Source: a virus
Taxonomy: Duplodnaviria; Heunggongvirae; Uroviricota; Caudoviricetes
Length of the DNA stretch: 64,000 bases
Reading direction: 5' to 3' (one strand)
IMG/VR virus record: IMGVR_UViG_3300042286_000208
Span: 6,287 to 70,286 of that record
Of the stretch, positions 31,341 to 42,151 are shown piece by piece. The notes below the pieces were generated by a model. That model was not told the origin of the DNA and did no database searches. It saw only the letters and a list, made by a program, of their open reading frames with translations. Within the stretch, counting starts at the first letter, position 1, and each line of letters opens with the position of its first letter. The position numbers and the translations under genes are program-made.

Positions 31341-32546
31341 ATGGCAAATCTATTTAAAAAAGAAAAAGAAAAATTACCACAGTTGAGTACAGGTGCTGTT
31401 ATTTTCGACACACTTAATGGTAAAAAAGAAAAATACTCAACAGGTGAAATGAAAACACTATTAGGTGTTACAGCTTCAAGAATTTACAACTTTGCTGGTC
31501 CTACTTCAACAGGTAAAACATCTATGGCTATTGATTTAGCTTATAGAATTGTAAAACCATATGAAAACGGGCATATTTATCTAATGGACTACGAACATGC
31601 ATTTGAGCCTGTTCGTGTTCAACAATTAACAGGGTTATATATTGATGAGATCGAAGATAAGTTCACACTAACAGAAGATGTTGGTGCTAAAGGCTTATTC
31701 GATGAAAAACGTGAACCAATTACAGTAACATCTATTGGTAAACTAGTAGATCAAATTTATGAGTTCAAAATGGCTCACAAAGATGAACTTATGACAATCA
31801 TCGACGGTATCCCTACTTTCGAACCAACTGTTATTATTATTGATAGTATCGCTGCAACAATTACTGACAAACAACAAGAAGAAAGCGGTTCTAACAACAT
31901 GACAGGAGCAACTCGAGCAAAAGATTTAGGTGAAACGTTTAATATTTTAAATCCAAAATTGGCACCCGCTAATATCACTATGTTCTTGATTAATCACATT
32001 CATGATGCAGTTTCAACAGGAACTCCTCAAGCAGCAATGTTGAGAGATATGAAACAAGGTGAAACGATGCCAGGTGGTAAAGCATTGAATTATTTAATTG
32101 GTACAACAGTAGTTTTACGTAGAGGATCAAAACATATGGCAGAGAAATCACCTTATGGAATTGACGGTATGGAAGTTACAATGGTACTAGCTAAATCCAG
32201 AGGTGCTGCTACAGGTAAGATGAGAACACTAATCTTTATTCCTGAAAGAGGATTCTTATGGGATCTGAGTTTATTTGATTACCTGTCATCTAACGGAAAA
32301 CTAGAAGGCGGAACCAAGTTCACGATTCCAGGTTATGATAAACAAAAGGTTTCTCGTAAAATGGCTATGGAATTATGTGATACAGACCCTGAGTTTGTAG
32401 AGGCACTGAGAGCATATGGTACTGAAGTTTTATCAGAACTAATTCCAGAAGCATCAACTAGACCTATGAGTGCCGAAGAAGCCGCAGCCGAAGAAGCTAG
32501 AATCTTGGCTGAGTTTAAGGATGAAGTCGTAGAAGACGAAGAATAA
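31341..32546 (+). CDS. recA: RecA/UvsX-family recombinase
   Basis: AGPTSTGKT Walker A, MDYEHA, IIIDSIAA, PGGKALNY. Confidence 0.9.
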   Translation: MANLFKKEKEKLPQLSTGAVIFDTLNGKKEKYSTGEMKTLLGVTASRIYNFAGPTSTGKTSMAIDLAYRIVKPYENGHIYLMDYEHAFEPVRVQQLTGLYIDEIEDKFTLTEDVGAKGLFDEKREPITVTSIGKLVDQIYEFKMAHKDELMTIIDGIPTFEPTVIIIDSIAATITDKQQEESGSNNMTGATRAKDLGETFNILNPKLAPANITMFLINHIHDAVSTGTPQAAMLRDMKQGETMPGGKALNYLIGTTVVLRRGSKHMAEKSPYGIDGMEVTMVLAKSRGAATGKMRTLIFIPERGFLWDLSLFDYLSSNGKLEGGTKFTIPGYDKQKVSRKMAMELCDTDPEFVEALRAYGTEVLSELIPEASTRPMSAEEAAAEEARILAEFKDEVVEDEE

Positions 32547-32553
32547 GACAAAT

Positions 32554-32590
32554 AAAAAGAAGTAGTGTAATTTGCTCTACTTCTTTTTTT
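32554..32590 (+). terminator. Intrinsic terminator
   Basis: AAGAAGTAG/CTACTTCTT stem plus T run. Confidence 0.8.
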
Positions 32591-32630
32591 TCTTTAACAA
32601 ACAGAATACTTCAGTAAAAAGATAGTATTT

Positions 32631-32646
32631 TGAATAATTAATTATA
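32631..32646 (+). promoter_or_regulatory. Putative late promoter motif
   Basis: Exact 16-mer. Confidence 0.75.
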
Positions 32647-32665
32647 TTATGAATAACATAGTGAG

Positions 32666-33118
32666 GTGAGTGTAATGATGGAAAACCCTGTAAGCATATT
32701 AGATAAATTTATATTATACATCTTGGAGCTTTTAGATACACCGTTGATGTATTTAAAACCAATTGATATCCTTTTAATGGCTGCTTTTATGGTAGGAACA
32801 TATTATTTTGTTAAAGTTTTACTTAAAGCATTCATGAGATATGGATATAGTGGAGTTAAAATAGTCTATAGACCTTTTATCGTTTTATATGGGAAAAATA
32901 AACATCACAGAGAAAATAAAAGAACCTGTCATGTTTGTAAAAACTCTCTTCACAAATGTACATGTCCAAGCAACAGAGGAGTCTCTTATAAAGAAAGATT
33001 AGCTAAGTGGAAAAAAGTAGAGAGTGCAAATAAATTAGCTAGAAAACAAGCAGAACTTAAGAAAAAAGAGCAAAGCAGACCAGTAGAACTAAAAAGAAAG
33101 AAAAATGGAGGTAGATAA
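32666..33118 (+). CDS. Membrane protein with small Cys cluster
   Basis: One TM, CHVC...CTC, basic tail. Confidence 0.7.
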   Translation: MSVMMENPVSILDKFILYILELLDTPLMYLKPIDILLMAAFMVGTYYFVKVLLKAFMRYGYSGVKIVYRPFIVLYGKNKHHRENKRTCHVCKNSLHKCTCPSNRGVSYKERLAKWKKVESANKLARKQAELKKKEQSRPVELKRKKNGGR

Positions 33119-33120
33119 TT

Positions 33121-33792
33121 ATGATGACAAGACTTTATTCAAGAATTAGAAGCATGATCACAGATCTAGCTAATAAGAATATCTCCAAACAATTATTCAT
33201 CTCTACAGTCAGAGAAGAACTAATCGCATATTTCCCTAATAGAATTTTTAAAATTGTCGATACCTCTGATACAAGATATACAGAGCCTGTTCTTCATTTA
33301 CCTATTGTTTTTGTTGAAATAAATCCGAAGTCAGATGCTATCCAAACTGTTGAATATACTATCCTTGTTAACATAGATAGAATCGGAAACACGGATGTAA
33401 TCACACCTGATCTATTTATTGGTGCATTATCTTGGCAATTAGATAATTTAGACACAATTACTAAGTCATTTATGGAAAAACTAGACGGCGGTGTAACAAA
33501 TCACGTACCAGATTTCCAATATGTACTAAAATATTATTTAGAAAATTATTTAGATTTGATTAAATATTTAAGAGAACAACTACCTCATGATTTTGCTTTT
33601 GGGATGGTAAATGGTGTAACAGTATCACCGGCTGAAATTGAAACGTTGATAGATAGAATTGATTTCGATTACTTCTTGGACATTGATGAGGAACTAGTTA
33701 AAGTTTTAGGTTCAAAATATAGATTACCAATGAATTTCTTAAAATTAGTAAATAGGGTATACGATAACCATAAAACTGAAATTAGCGAATAA
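33121..33792 (+). CDS. Hypothetical protein
   Basis: GGAGG SD, 223 aa. Confidence 0.75.
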   Translation: MMTRLYSRIRSMITDLANKNISKQLFISTVREELIAYFPNRIFKIVDTSDTRYTEPVLHLPIVFVEINPKSDAIQTVEYTILVNIDRIGNTDVITPDLFIGALSWQLDNLDTITKSFMEKLDGGVTNHVPDFQYVLKYYLENYLDLIKYLREQLPHDFAFGMVNGVTVSPAEIETLIDRIDFDYFLDIDEELVKVLGSKYRLPMNFLKLVNRVYDNHKTEISE

Positions 33793-33872
33793 GTAAAAAA
33801 ATAAGAAGTAGATAAATGTCTCTACTTCTTTTTTCAGTCATTAAACATATAAAATAGAAAGAAGGTGGCAAA

Positions 33873-34772
33873 ATGGCCAAATTAAGCAGAACACACCTAA
33901 TTGGTGCAGAATATTTAGATGAACTAGAAGTGACTCAAGAATATGATGGTCTAGAGGATAATAATGAAAACTCTGTTACTAAGCATATTTTTGAATTAAA
34001 AGACCTTTTGTCTTACGATATATTAAAACAAGAATTAATCGATACTTTGGATATAGATGGAAAACCCCTATTTTTGGAAATGAACTCAAGAAATATCGTC
34101 AGAATATTTTCTGATAATATAAATAATCTACAACTAGAAAATTCTGAAGATAAGTTTTACCTAGATACTTTTAAAGAGGAAATAAGACAAATCGTATTAG
34201 CTCATCTAGAACAAAACTATCAAATAACATACAACATAAACGAAGCAGAGGAGTTCATAGATTTAGAGCCAATTGCTGACCTATATGAGTTTTTTGTTTT
34301 AAGAAAATTAAACAACATATTTAAATACTACTATTCTATTATAAATATGTCGTTCTTTGATAAAGTCATAACAGAAGAAAAACAAAGAATAGAAGCAGTG
34401 AAAGAATTAAAAGAATATTTGATCAGTATCAATGAAAAACTAAGCATAGCCGAAGAAGATATATCAAATAATGAAATCACTATGGAGATCTTAAGTGATT
34501 TCTTTAATAATAGATTTAAAATCGTAAACTCAGAAATAATGAATGTGATCGGAATGTCATCCTTCCTTAACTTTATTGTAAATCATGACGACGGTGAGTT
34601 GGTTTCTGATAGAATCAGAGAAATGTTTTATAATTTCGGTGGATTTGGTGGTATTGAATTTGATGATACCGAATCATTTAGAAATTACTTTGAGTGTTTG
34701 GTTGAACTTGAGAATGCTAATGAACTTTTAGTTATATTGGCCTCAAAAGTATTCGAATCACAAAATCAGTAA
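33873..34772 (+). CDS. Hypothetical acidic protein
   Basis: AAGGTGG SD, 299 aa. Confidence 0.75.
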   Translation: MAKLSRTHLIGAEYLDELEVTQEYDGLEDNNENSVTKHIFELKDLLSYDILKQELIDTLDIDGKPLFLEMNSRNIVRIFSDNINNLQLENSEDKFYLDTFKEEIRQIVLAHLEQNYQITYNINEAEEFIDLEPIADLYEFFVLRKLNNIFKYYYSIINMSFFDKVITEEKQRIEAVKELKEYLISINEKLSIAEEDISNNEITMEILSDFFNNRFKIVNSEIMNVIGMSSFLNFIVNHDDGELVSDRIREMFYNFGGFGGIEFDDTESFRNYFECLVELENANELLVILASKVFESQNQ

Positions 34773-34783
34773 CAGGTGATAAG

Positions 34784-35794
34784 ATGAGTAAGCCATTTAA
34801 AATAAACGATGAACTCTCTATATATATTGTTAAAGATGTTGGTGATTCACTTCTACATAAAGGTTTCTTCACTGATTTATACAATAATGTATTTAGTGAT
34901 GAAGAAAACAACATAAAAGCCGGAATTAAAGGTATGAACACTCTCGAGGATGTAATATCAAGAATTAAGACATGGTTAGGTGCAGAGACGTCACCGTACA
35001 TGTTCTTTCTTTTTAAGGGAAATGATGTAATAGGGACTACACAGGCGTTTAGGTCAAGAATGTTTGATCCTAACACATTAAGTCTTGGTTATATAGTTTC
35101 ACCATCACATCAAGGCAAAGGGTATGGAACGATAATGTTAAAGTTTGTTTCAGAGTATTTACATAGTGATAAACTATGATTTGACCTTGTTTTAGGGTTT
35201 AGGGATGGGAATTTTGCGTCTGAAAAAATAGCTGCAAAAAATAATTACAAATATCACATGAGAACAAACGTTCCTGATTCAGATGGTTTCAACAGACCAA
35301 TGACGTATTATAAATATGAAGGAAGACCGTCACTCAACGAAAATTACAGTGTGATACCACAAAAAAAAGTACTCACTACAAATCAATGAATTGAGGATTC
35401 GGATAGAGTTATATCTAGAGTGAATCCAAAAATGTTGAGTTTTGAAGAGTATATATACATGACCACTTCTGCAAATAAGCCTGTAGTTCTAGATGAGACT
35501 TATTTTGTATTCTCATCAGCACATTATGATCTTATGGATAAACTTAGAAAAGAAAAAATAAAAACAATTAGTTTTGGTATGAGCGATAGATCAGCAAAAA
35601 GAATGTTCGATCCCTCTAAAAAAGGCGATATTGTACTAAAAGAGTTTTACAGCTTGGTTGAGGGAAATCTTAAAATATTAGATATTAACAAGGAAAAAAC
35701 TTCTATGATACTGGGAAATGACATTGGTGAAATTAAGATTAAGATTGCAAAAAACGTCATGTTAGTAGAAGATTTCATATTAAATAAAAAATAA
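34784..35794 (+). CDS. GNAT (RimJ/RimL-like) acetyltransferase fusion (336 aa, 2 TGA=Trp)
   Basis: LGYIVSPSHQGKGYGT acetyl-CoA motif, NFASEKIA; joins 35420 ORF via TGAs. Confidence 0.75.
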
Positions 35795-35834
35795 TATTTA
35801 CTCTACTGTACCGGAGATAAATATAATCCTCATT

Positions 35835-35861
35835 AAAAAAGAACCTTTCGGGGTTCTTTTT
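35835..35861 (+). terminator. Intrinsic terminator
   Basis: AAAAGAACC-TTTC-GGGGTTCTTTT. Confidence 0.8.
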
Positions 35862-35865
35862 ACTT

Positions 35866-35881
35866 TGAATAATTAATTATA
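35866..35881 (+). promoter_or_regulatory. Putative late promoter motif
   Basis: Exact 16-mer. Confidence 0.75.
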
Positions 35882-35912
35882 AAAGAATAAGTAAAAAAAC
35901 GGAGGTGTGGAC

Positions 35913-37577
35913 ATGGCAAAAGGTACATACGAAAGAAAAGTATTGAATACTCATATAGAAAACTTTCAAGAGCAACTTGAGAGAAGCTATAGTCAATACC
36001 AAGAAGGCAGTTATATACCAGTAATATATTATCAAATAGATAGCGGTAGATCCAGAGTTGATGGATCTTTAGACGCTGCTCAAAATATCATCGGTTCATC
36101 AACATCTAAGAAATATAAAAAGATAGTAGGAGTACCTATGTATGGTGTTTCTAATGGTATCAACTATGAATTAGAGATGACAGATACATCATTTAGAAAC
36201 ATGTCTTCAGGACAAGGTTATTTGGCTCCAGGTACAATCAAACCTAACGCTGATGACTTCTTTGTTATAGATAGACAGGGTCTCTCAAATCATTTATTTA
36301 AGGTAACTAACATTGATTTCAATACAGCAAATCCTAACAAATACTACCAAGTTAGTTTTGAACTTTATCAAAATTCAGCATCAGAAATAACAGGAAATGT
36401 TTCTAGTGAATATAAATTCTTAATAGAGAATATGGGATCAAATCAAAATACTATTATCAAAACCGCGGATGACTATTTAATGCAAAAAGCTAAAGATGTT
36501 GTCGACACACTAATTGATAAATATGTTTTTTCATTTTATGATTATGCGTATGACACATTCACTCTAAGAACTAAATATTCGGCCGTGGTTGATGGAGCAA
36601 AAGTATGAAACCCTTATCTGATTAGATTTCTCCATGACAAAGATATCATAACTAAATATGATTACGATTTAATGACAGAGATATATGTACCTCAGTATTT
36701 TGAGGGTGGTTACAGTATATGATTTAAAGATGATATATGAATGGATTCTTTATACAATAAAATTATAACTAAGCAACCAATAACACCTATTGATCTTTTC
36801 ACTACAGTAGATGTTACGAATAGTCTAGATAGATGAATTAAACTACCTTTTTATCAAACAGCAGAGACAATATTTTTAGACTCATTTGCTAACGAATATA
36901 CTAAAAATTATCTGTCTTTACCTGCTAGTGCAATATCTATTTTGCCTGATTCTCAGAAACAATATTATATGAACCTAAAAACTATATTTGATAAAGAAGT
37001 ATATTTACCTGGTCAACAAACGATGATGTCATATCTAGATTCAAAATATCTAATGGAATTGGAATACTTTAGCACAAACGCAAAAGCCATCTGGGATTCA
37101 AGCAAAACTGGCGATATGTACTACGTATATAACCTAAACTCAGGAAACATAGATAATGTTTACCAAGTGGTTGGAACACCAGGAGAAGTACAAATTGGAG
37201 ACGATGAAGATATATTCGAATCTAACAGATATTTTAATCTTTTAGATACATTCGCACAAACAACACCTATAGGAAAAACTTTCTGCTTCTTTGATAGTGA
37301 AATGAACCTACACTCATCATGATCAATAATATCTGATGGCACAAATAGATTCTTTGGTAGAAAAGATGGATTGATGTTTATGGATACCAATGTTCAAATA
37401 ACAAGTGACGTTGTTGATTTGATTAGAAATTATCATAGCGGCAACAAAACAGTAACGGAGACGCTATTGGATCAGCTAAACGTATTGAATATAAGAAGAG
37501 ACTCAACAGAATCTTACTATTTGATACCATTGGTTATATTCATATTAAAAGAATATATAGATTGAATTCAAAGATAA
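35913..37577 (+). CDS. Virion structural protein, possibly neck (554 aa, 6 TGA=Trp)
   Basis: Track ORFs 35907, 36942, 37371 are in one frame joined by TGA; late motif; IKPNADDFF...LFKVT pattern. Confidence 0.65.
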
Positions 37578-37603
37578 AAAAAGAAGCACAATGCTTCTTT
37601 TTA
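37576..37603. terminator. Bidirectional terminator
   Basis: AAAAGAAGCA/TGCTTCTTTT between convergent genes. Confidence 0.8.
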
Positions 37604-37606
37604 TTG

Positions 37607-38389
37607 TTAAAATTTGTTGGGTCTGAAGGCTCTAGCGGGTTTTTTAACCACGGCTTCAGCAACATCTTGCTCTGGGACATTATTAGTGATCACTGGAGCT
37701 ATTTCTGATTCACTCAAAGTTTCAACTGTATCGTCATCTTCAACGGGCGGTTTTCAAGCGTTCTCATCTATAGCTTTCTTTAAGGTCTCTCTATCAACAT
37801 TAATAATTGTAGAAAGTTCATTGAACGTTTCATATATTTCGTATATTAGATTATCAGGATCACCACTTTTTTCCATAGGAGTTTCCCCAATGAGACTATC
37901 TCCATCCAGATCGATACCTATTCTCTTTTCTATACTAACTATTCTACCTTTACTATTCATAGATAAATTTGATTTTTGTAAAATTGTCTTCAGTATTACA
38001 TTCTTATCTATCATATAGTAAGAAACCCTCTTCATTTTACTAGAGGCATAACCAATACTCCATAATAAAGTGAATATACCTGTTATAGAACCAAACATGG
38101 TATAGAAATCACTGTCTCCTATTTCTAAAAACTCTTGCAGGCTATCTTTAACAGCATAAGAGAAGGTCCCGAGAATCGGTAAAGTAGGAGGTATAAGACC
38201 TGTCACGGTAAATGCCATCAATATTACAATAGACATTACAACAATAGTGAAAGCATTTTTCATAAACCACACGCGTATTAATAAAAATCTTAATCTTATT
38301 ATTGCTCTATCTTCAGCTCTTTTTTCTTTTCTTTGTTTCTTTAGTGTTTCTTTATCAACTATATTAGTGTTAATGTTTGTATCTTCCAT
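37607..38389 (-). CDS. Late membrane protein (2 TM, DxDxD motif, 1 TGA=Trp); holin candidate
   Basis: Hydrophobic helices, IGIDLDGDSLIG; continues through TGA 37754 to TAA 37607; GGAGGTG SD. Confidence 0.6.
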
Positions 38390-38408
38390 TATAAACACCT
38401 CCCGCATA

Positions 38409-38424
38409 TATAATTAATTATTCA
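38409..38424 (-). promoter_or_regulatory. Putative late promoter motif
   Basis: Exact 16-mer. Confidence 0.75.
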
Positions 38425-38440
38425 ATTTCAAAAAAAGAAG

Positions 38441-38842
38441 CTATTTAAAGACTTCTTTATTTTTAACTAGAGCGTCAATACCTGGTATATACTCACTATT
38501 CATTTCTTCCAAAACAGATACTAATTCTTTTTTGTTCATCTCTCTGTCATGCATTCTACGGAAGACTTCTTTTAATGTCTTTTGATCCCACTTTTTAACA
38601 GCTCTATCGACGTCATTGACAGAATTATCTAGTAAGAATGATTCCTTATTATTTTCTTTTGAGAGAAAGAGGATATCTTCTCCACCATATAAAGTTCTTC
38701 TGTATAATTCTGCTCTTTTATATAGAACTAAGTTGTTGTAGAAATCAACCGCTTTCATATATTTCACAAAACTTTTTGAGAATGTTTTTAAATTCCCGTT
38801 GACATCCTGTTCAGTCCAATTAACTATAAATCTAAAATACAT
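38441..38842 (-). CDS. Hypothetical protein
   Basis: AAGGAGG SD; early motif upstream. Confidence 0.75.
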   Translation of the reverse strand: MYFRFIVNWTEQDVNGNLKTFSKSFVKYMKAVDFYNNLVLYKRAELYRRTLYGGEDILFLSKENNKESFLLDNSVNDVDRAVKKWDQKTLKEVFRRMHDREMNKKELVSVLEEMNSEYIPGIDALVKNKEVFK

Positions 38843-38871
38843 ATGCTTCCTCCTTGTATATCATTATATTT

Positions 38872-38883
38872 TAATAATATATA
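38872..38883 (-). promoter_or_regulatory. Putative early promoter motif
   Basis: TATATATTATTA on minus strand. Confidence 0.45.
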
Positions 38884-38893
38884 ATTATAAGAT

Positions 38894-38923
38894 AAAAAAG
38901 AGAACTATGTTAGTTCTCTTTTA
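38894..38923. terminator. Terminator after major capsid gene
   Basis: AAAAGAGAACTA/TAGTTCTCTTTT. Confidence 0.8.
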
Positions 38924-38942
38924 ATTGTTAGTTTATCAAATC

Positions 38943-40655
38943 TTAGTAGTTAAATCCTTGATATACTGGTGAACCAGCGTTATTTCTAACGATTACTGCA
39001 CCGATAGCAGGGATGTTTCTTTCAAATGTATGACGTCTGATGAACGTAACACTTGGAACGTTTGAGTGTTCAGCATCACGATATCCGTTACCAGTTTCAA
39101 GACCGAAGTAGTAAGGATAGTATCTTAAAGTCATAACATCTGCTTCACTTGGAGTTAATAAAACCCAAATAATTTGTTCTTGAATACGTTGTGAAGAGAT
39201 TAGTTTGTAAGATTTACCAGCAGAACGGAATGTACCCATACCGTAGTCAGCAACGATGTCGCCTTCGCCAGCTTCACCTTGTTCAAACACCCAATCAACA
39301 CCATGTAGTAAATCAGCAGATAATGGATTAGCAAATAATGTAACTTTACCGTATTTAATATACCATTCTTTTTCAAGAGTAGTAGTAACTAAACGGATCA
39401 TGTCTTTAAGCATGTTTGCTCTCCATTGTACTAAGTCACCCATGTAACCAACTTGTGGCATAGTATTAAAGACTTTGATTGGAGTTACAGTATCAGTGTC
39501 ATCTTGGAATGCGTCCCCTGCAAGAGCAGCATCTAATGCACCAGGATAAGCAGCATCTAAAGTAGATTTGAAGAAATTGACACCTTGAATATCGAAAGCA
39601 TCAGCAAATAGCATTCTCATACCATTACCGAATTCGCTAGCAGCGTCTAATTGGTATAAAGCTTTAATATCTTGAACTAATTCCACAGGAAGTGGAGCAC
39701 TAACTCTTTTACCATCTGGGATAGTAATTGAGAAGTTTTCAGTTTGATATTCAAATGACCATTGATTTTCATTCCATTTTTCAGTAACTGAACCAGCGAC
39801 TGTAGCAACAAGATTGTCAGCCACTAAAGCGATACCTTGACCTGCAGTAGCAGTTCCATGAAGAACTTCTCTAACAGAACCTGTTAAGATAGCTTGAACA
39901 GTACCAGCTTCTAGATCAGGAATTAAAATAATGTTACCAGTCAAGAATAAGTCAGCAGTACCTGTACCAGCAGTTACGTCTCCAGCGATTTGTTGATCAG
40001 CAAATGTCATAACGATATTCTTACCTGTGTTCCAACCATGTTTAGGAATTGCAAGAGCAAAGTCTCCTAAAGTAAGTGAAGTAACTTGGATATCAGTAGT
40101 TAAACCTTTAACAGGTTGTCCACCAATCATAAATGATGTTGGAACAGCGAATGCAGATAAAACACCAGCATTATTAGTGATTGCAGCGCTTAAACTTGCA
40201 GAAGCTAATTCACCATTAGGTTGGTCAGCAATAACTGCAGAGTTCTTTGGTAATTCAAGTCTTACTTTTTCACCACCAACAGTTTTTACTAAATAGTAAT
40301 GTTTGCTAGTGATAAGGAAAGTAGGAGCAGTAGCAACGATAGTTTGGATACCGTCTTTTAATGAGTTATAAGGCCATAATACTCTTAGTAATGGAAGAGA
40401 TAGAGCTTGGAATGGACTTAAAGTATCATAAGATTCTTGGATAACTGCTTGTTTTACAGTTTGTTCCATAAGTGCAGATAATGTTTCTCTGTGGTCTGCG
40501 TTGAAGCCTTCAGTTAACTTTTGAATGTACTCTCTAGTTAATAGAGGGTCTGCGATAATATTTTTGAACCCTTGTTTAGTAAGGATGTTTTTATCACCAG
40601 TAACGCCAGATACGTAAGAAGCAGATTCTGTCAAAACTTTTGTTAAATTTTTCAT
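38943..40655 (-). CDS. Major capsid protein (jumbo phage, 570 aa)
   Basis: Highly biased codon usage, follows scaffold-like genes under late motif, cleavable-looking N-terminus (VLTES, KLTEG, VIQES), LRYYPY...RRH..E C-terminus. Confidence 0.8.
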   Translation of the reverse strand: MKNLTKVLTESASYVSGVTGDKNILTKQGFKNIIADPLLTREYIQKLTEGFNADHRETLSALMEQTVKQAVIQESYDTLSPFQALSLPLLRVLWPYNSLKDGIQTIVATAPTFLITSKHYYLVKTVGGEKVRLELPKNSAVIADQPNGELASASLSAAITNNAGVLSAFAVPTSFMIGGQPVKGLTTDIQVTSLTLGDFALAIPKHGWNTGKNIVMTFADQQIAGDVTAGTGTADLFLTGNIILIPDLEAGTVQAILTGSVREVLHGTATAGQGIALVADNLVATVAGSVTEKWNENQWSFEYQTENFSITIPDGKRVSAPLPVELVQDIKALYQLDAASEFGNGMRMLFADAFDIQGVNFFKSTLDAAYPGALDAALAGDAFQDDTDTVTPIKVFNTMPQVGYMGDLVQWRANMLKDMIRLVTTTLEKEWYIKYGKVTLFANPLSADLLHGVDWVFEQGEAGEGDIVADYGMGTFRSAGKSYKLISSQRIQEQIIWVLLTPSEADVMTLRYYPYYFGLETGNGYRDAEHSNVPSVTFIRRHTFERNIPAIGAVIVRNNAGSPVYQGFNY

Positions 40656-40687
40656 ATTAAAATCACCTCTCGTAAATTTTTTATTTT

Positions 40688-41224
40688 TTATAATTTTTTT
40701 GCTTGTTTTTGAAGAAGTTTTACGATTAATTTAAGCTCTTCCATAAAACTTAAATAAACGTACAACGCTCTTTCGTACTTATCAGACTCATATTGGTCTT
40801 CAATGTACTTAGATATTTTACTCTTTAACTCTTCAAGGTTAAATTGTAATTGTGACGCGCCAATAACCATATTACTAGATACAACCGAATCGAAAGAAAG
40901 TGAATCAATATGATCTATAACGATTGTTACTTTATTGAGTAACTTATCAAAATAATCTACTAACATTATTTTCTTCTGTTCAATGCTATTCGATTCAAAA
41001 TTAAGAGCCGGATCTAACATTAAATTTGGGTCATCTACGACCATTTCACCACCGTCGATCAGTTCTTCGTCTTCAGATGGCATTGCCGGTTCATTGATCA
41101 AGTCAGTTTCTTGAGCATAGTTATCGCTTGACACAGGTTGAAGTTCTTCGCTTAAATATACTTTATCTTTAAGCTCTTTATCTTCCTTTAATAAGCGGAA
41201 GACTTCCTTCATAGTACTATTCAT
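40688..41224 (-). CDS. Acidic prohead core-like protein
   Basis: Between scaffold-like gene and capsid gene; LxE motifs. Confidence 0.55.
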   Translation of the reverse strand: MNSTMKEVFRLLKEDKELKDKVYLSEELQPVSSDNYAQETDLINEPAMPSEDEELIDGGEMVVDDPNLMLDPALNFESNSIEQKKIMLVDYFDKLLNKVTIVIDHIDSLSFDSVVSSNMVIGASQLQFNLEELKSKISKYIEDQYESDKYERALYVYLSFMEELKLIVKLLQKQAKKL

Positions 41225-41263
41225 GATCTACTACCCCCAGACCAACATTATTGGAAATTAATT

Positions 41264-41785
41264 TTACTTTTTTCCCTCAGTTAAAGTTTTTTTACTTGCA
41301 ATGATTTTTGCAGCTTCTGTAAGAATACGTGCATTAACTTTATTGATGACGCTTTCAGTAAACACCATTCTTGCTTGAAGCTTAGCTTTTAGAGCAGTTG
41401 CTTCTTCGATGACTTTATCAAGTTCTTCTACTTCTTTAGCATCTTCTTCTTTTACTTCTTCTAATGCTTCAACTTCGCCTTCAAGTTCTTCAGCTGGTAA
41501 TTCTTCTACCATTTGATCAACTTGTTCAGGTGTAATTGGATCTTCAGCAGTTAAATCATCAACAATCGAGTGACCTTCGCCAGCTACTACTTCATTATCA
41601 ATAGGATCAACTGCAGGTGCTTCAGGAACAACTTCACCATCATTAGTTCCAGCAGGAACTTCTGGCAATGTTAAATCTGTAGTTTCAACAGCTTCAGCAG
41701 CTACTTCTAATTCTTCTTTAAGTAGTTTTGCTAATTCTTTAGCTAGAGAAGGGTTTGCGTTTAAGATTTTTTGGATATCTTTCAT
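41264..41785 (-). CDS. Prohead core/scaffolding protein
   Basis: E/A/V/P-rich, ends ILTEAAK...TLTEGKK; GAGAGGTGA SD before ATG 41785. Confidence 0.65.
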   Translation of the reverse strand: MKDIQKILNANPSLAKELAKLLKEELEVAAEAVETTDLTLPEVPAGTNDGEVVPEAPAVDPIDNEVVAGEGHSIVDDLTAEDPITPEQVDQMVEELPAEELEGEVEALEEVKEEDAKEVEELDKVIEEATALKAKLQARMVFTESVINKVNARILTEAAKIIASKKTLTEGKK

Positions 41786-41898
41786 AATATATTCACCTCT
41801 CGTAAATTTGAATTTTTTCATAAATTAGGTGACCCCTTTTGCTAAATGAAAATTTGTGGGTAGTCGGTTATTCATTTAGTTCCGGTAAATCGCCCATT

Positions 41899-41914
41899 TA
41901 TAATTAATTATTCA
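41899..41914 (-). promoter_or_regulatory. Putative late promoter motif (capsid operon)
   Basis: Exact 16-mer. Confidence 0.8.
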
Positions 41915-42124
41915 AATGTAAGCATTATGAAAATGTAACAATGGCTATATTAAGCCATTTCTTTAATAATAAATTATAATTTTTATACATTTTTAATTTA
42001 AAAAATCTTCTGAATAGAATTTTTTTGAATTCAAGGACCCGTTTATCTAGCGATTTACTGCTCACTTTTATATATAAAAAGTTAAAATTATCCATCTTTT
42101 TTTCGTTTGACATCGATAACTTTT

Positions 42125-42140
42125 TGAATAATTAATTATA
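42125..42140 (+). promoter_or_regulatory. Putative late promoter motif
   Basis: Exact 16-mer. Confidence 0.75.
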
Positions 42141-42151
42141 AATATAGGTAG

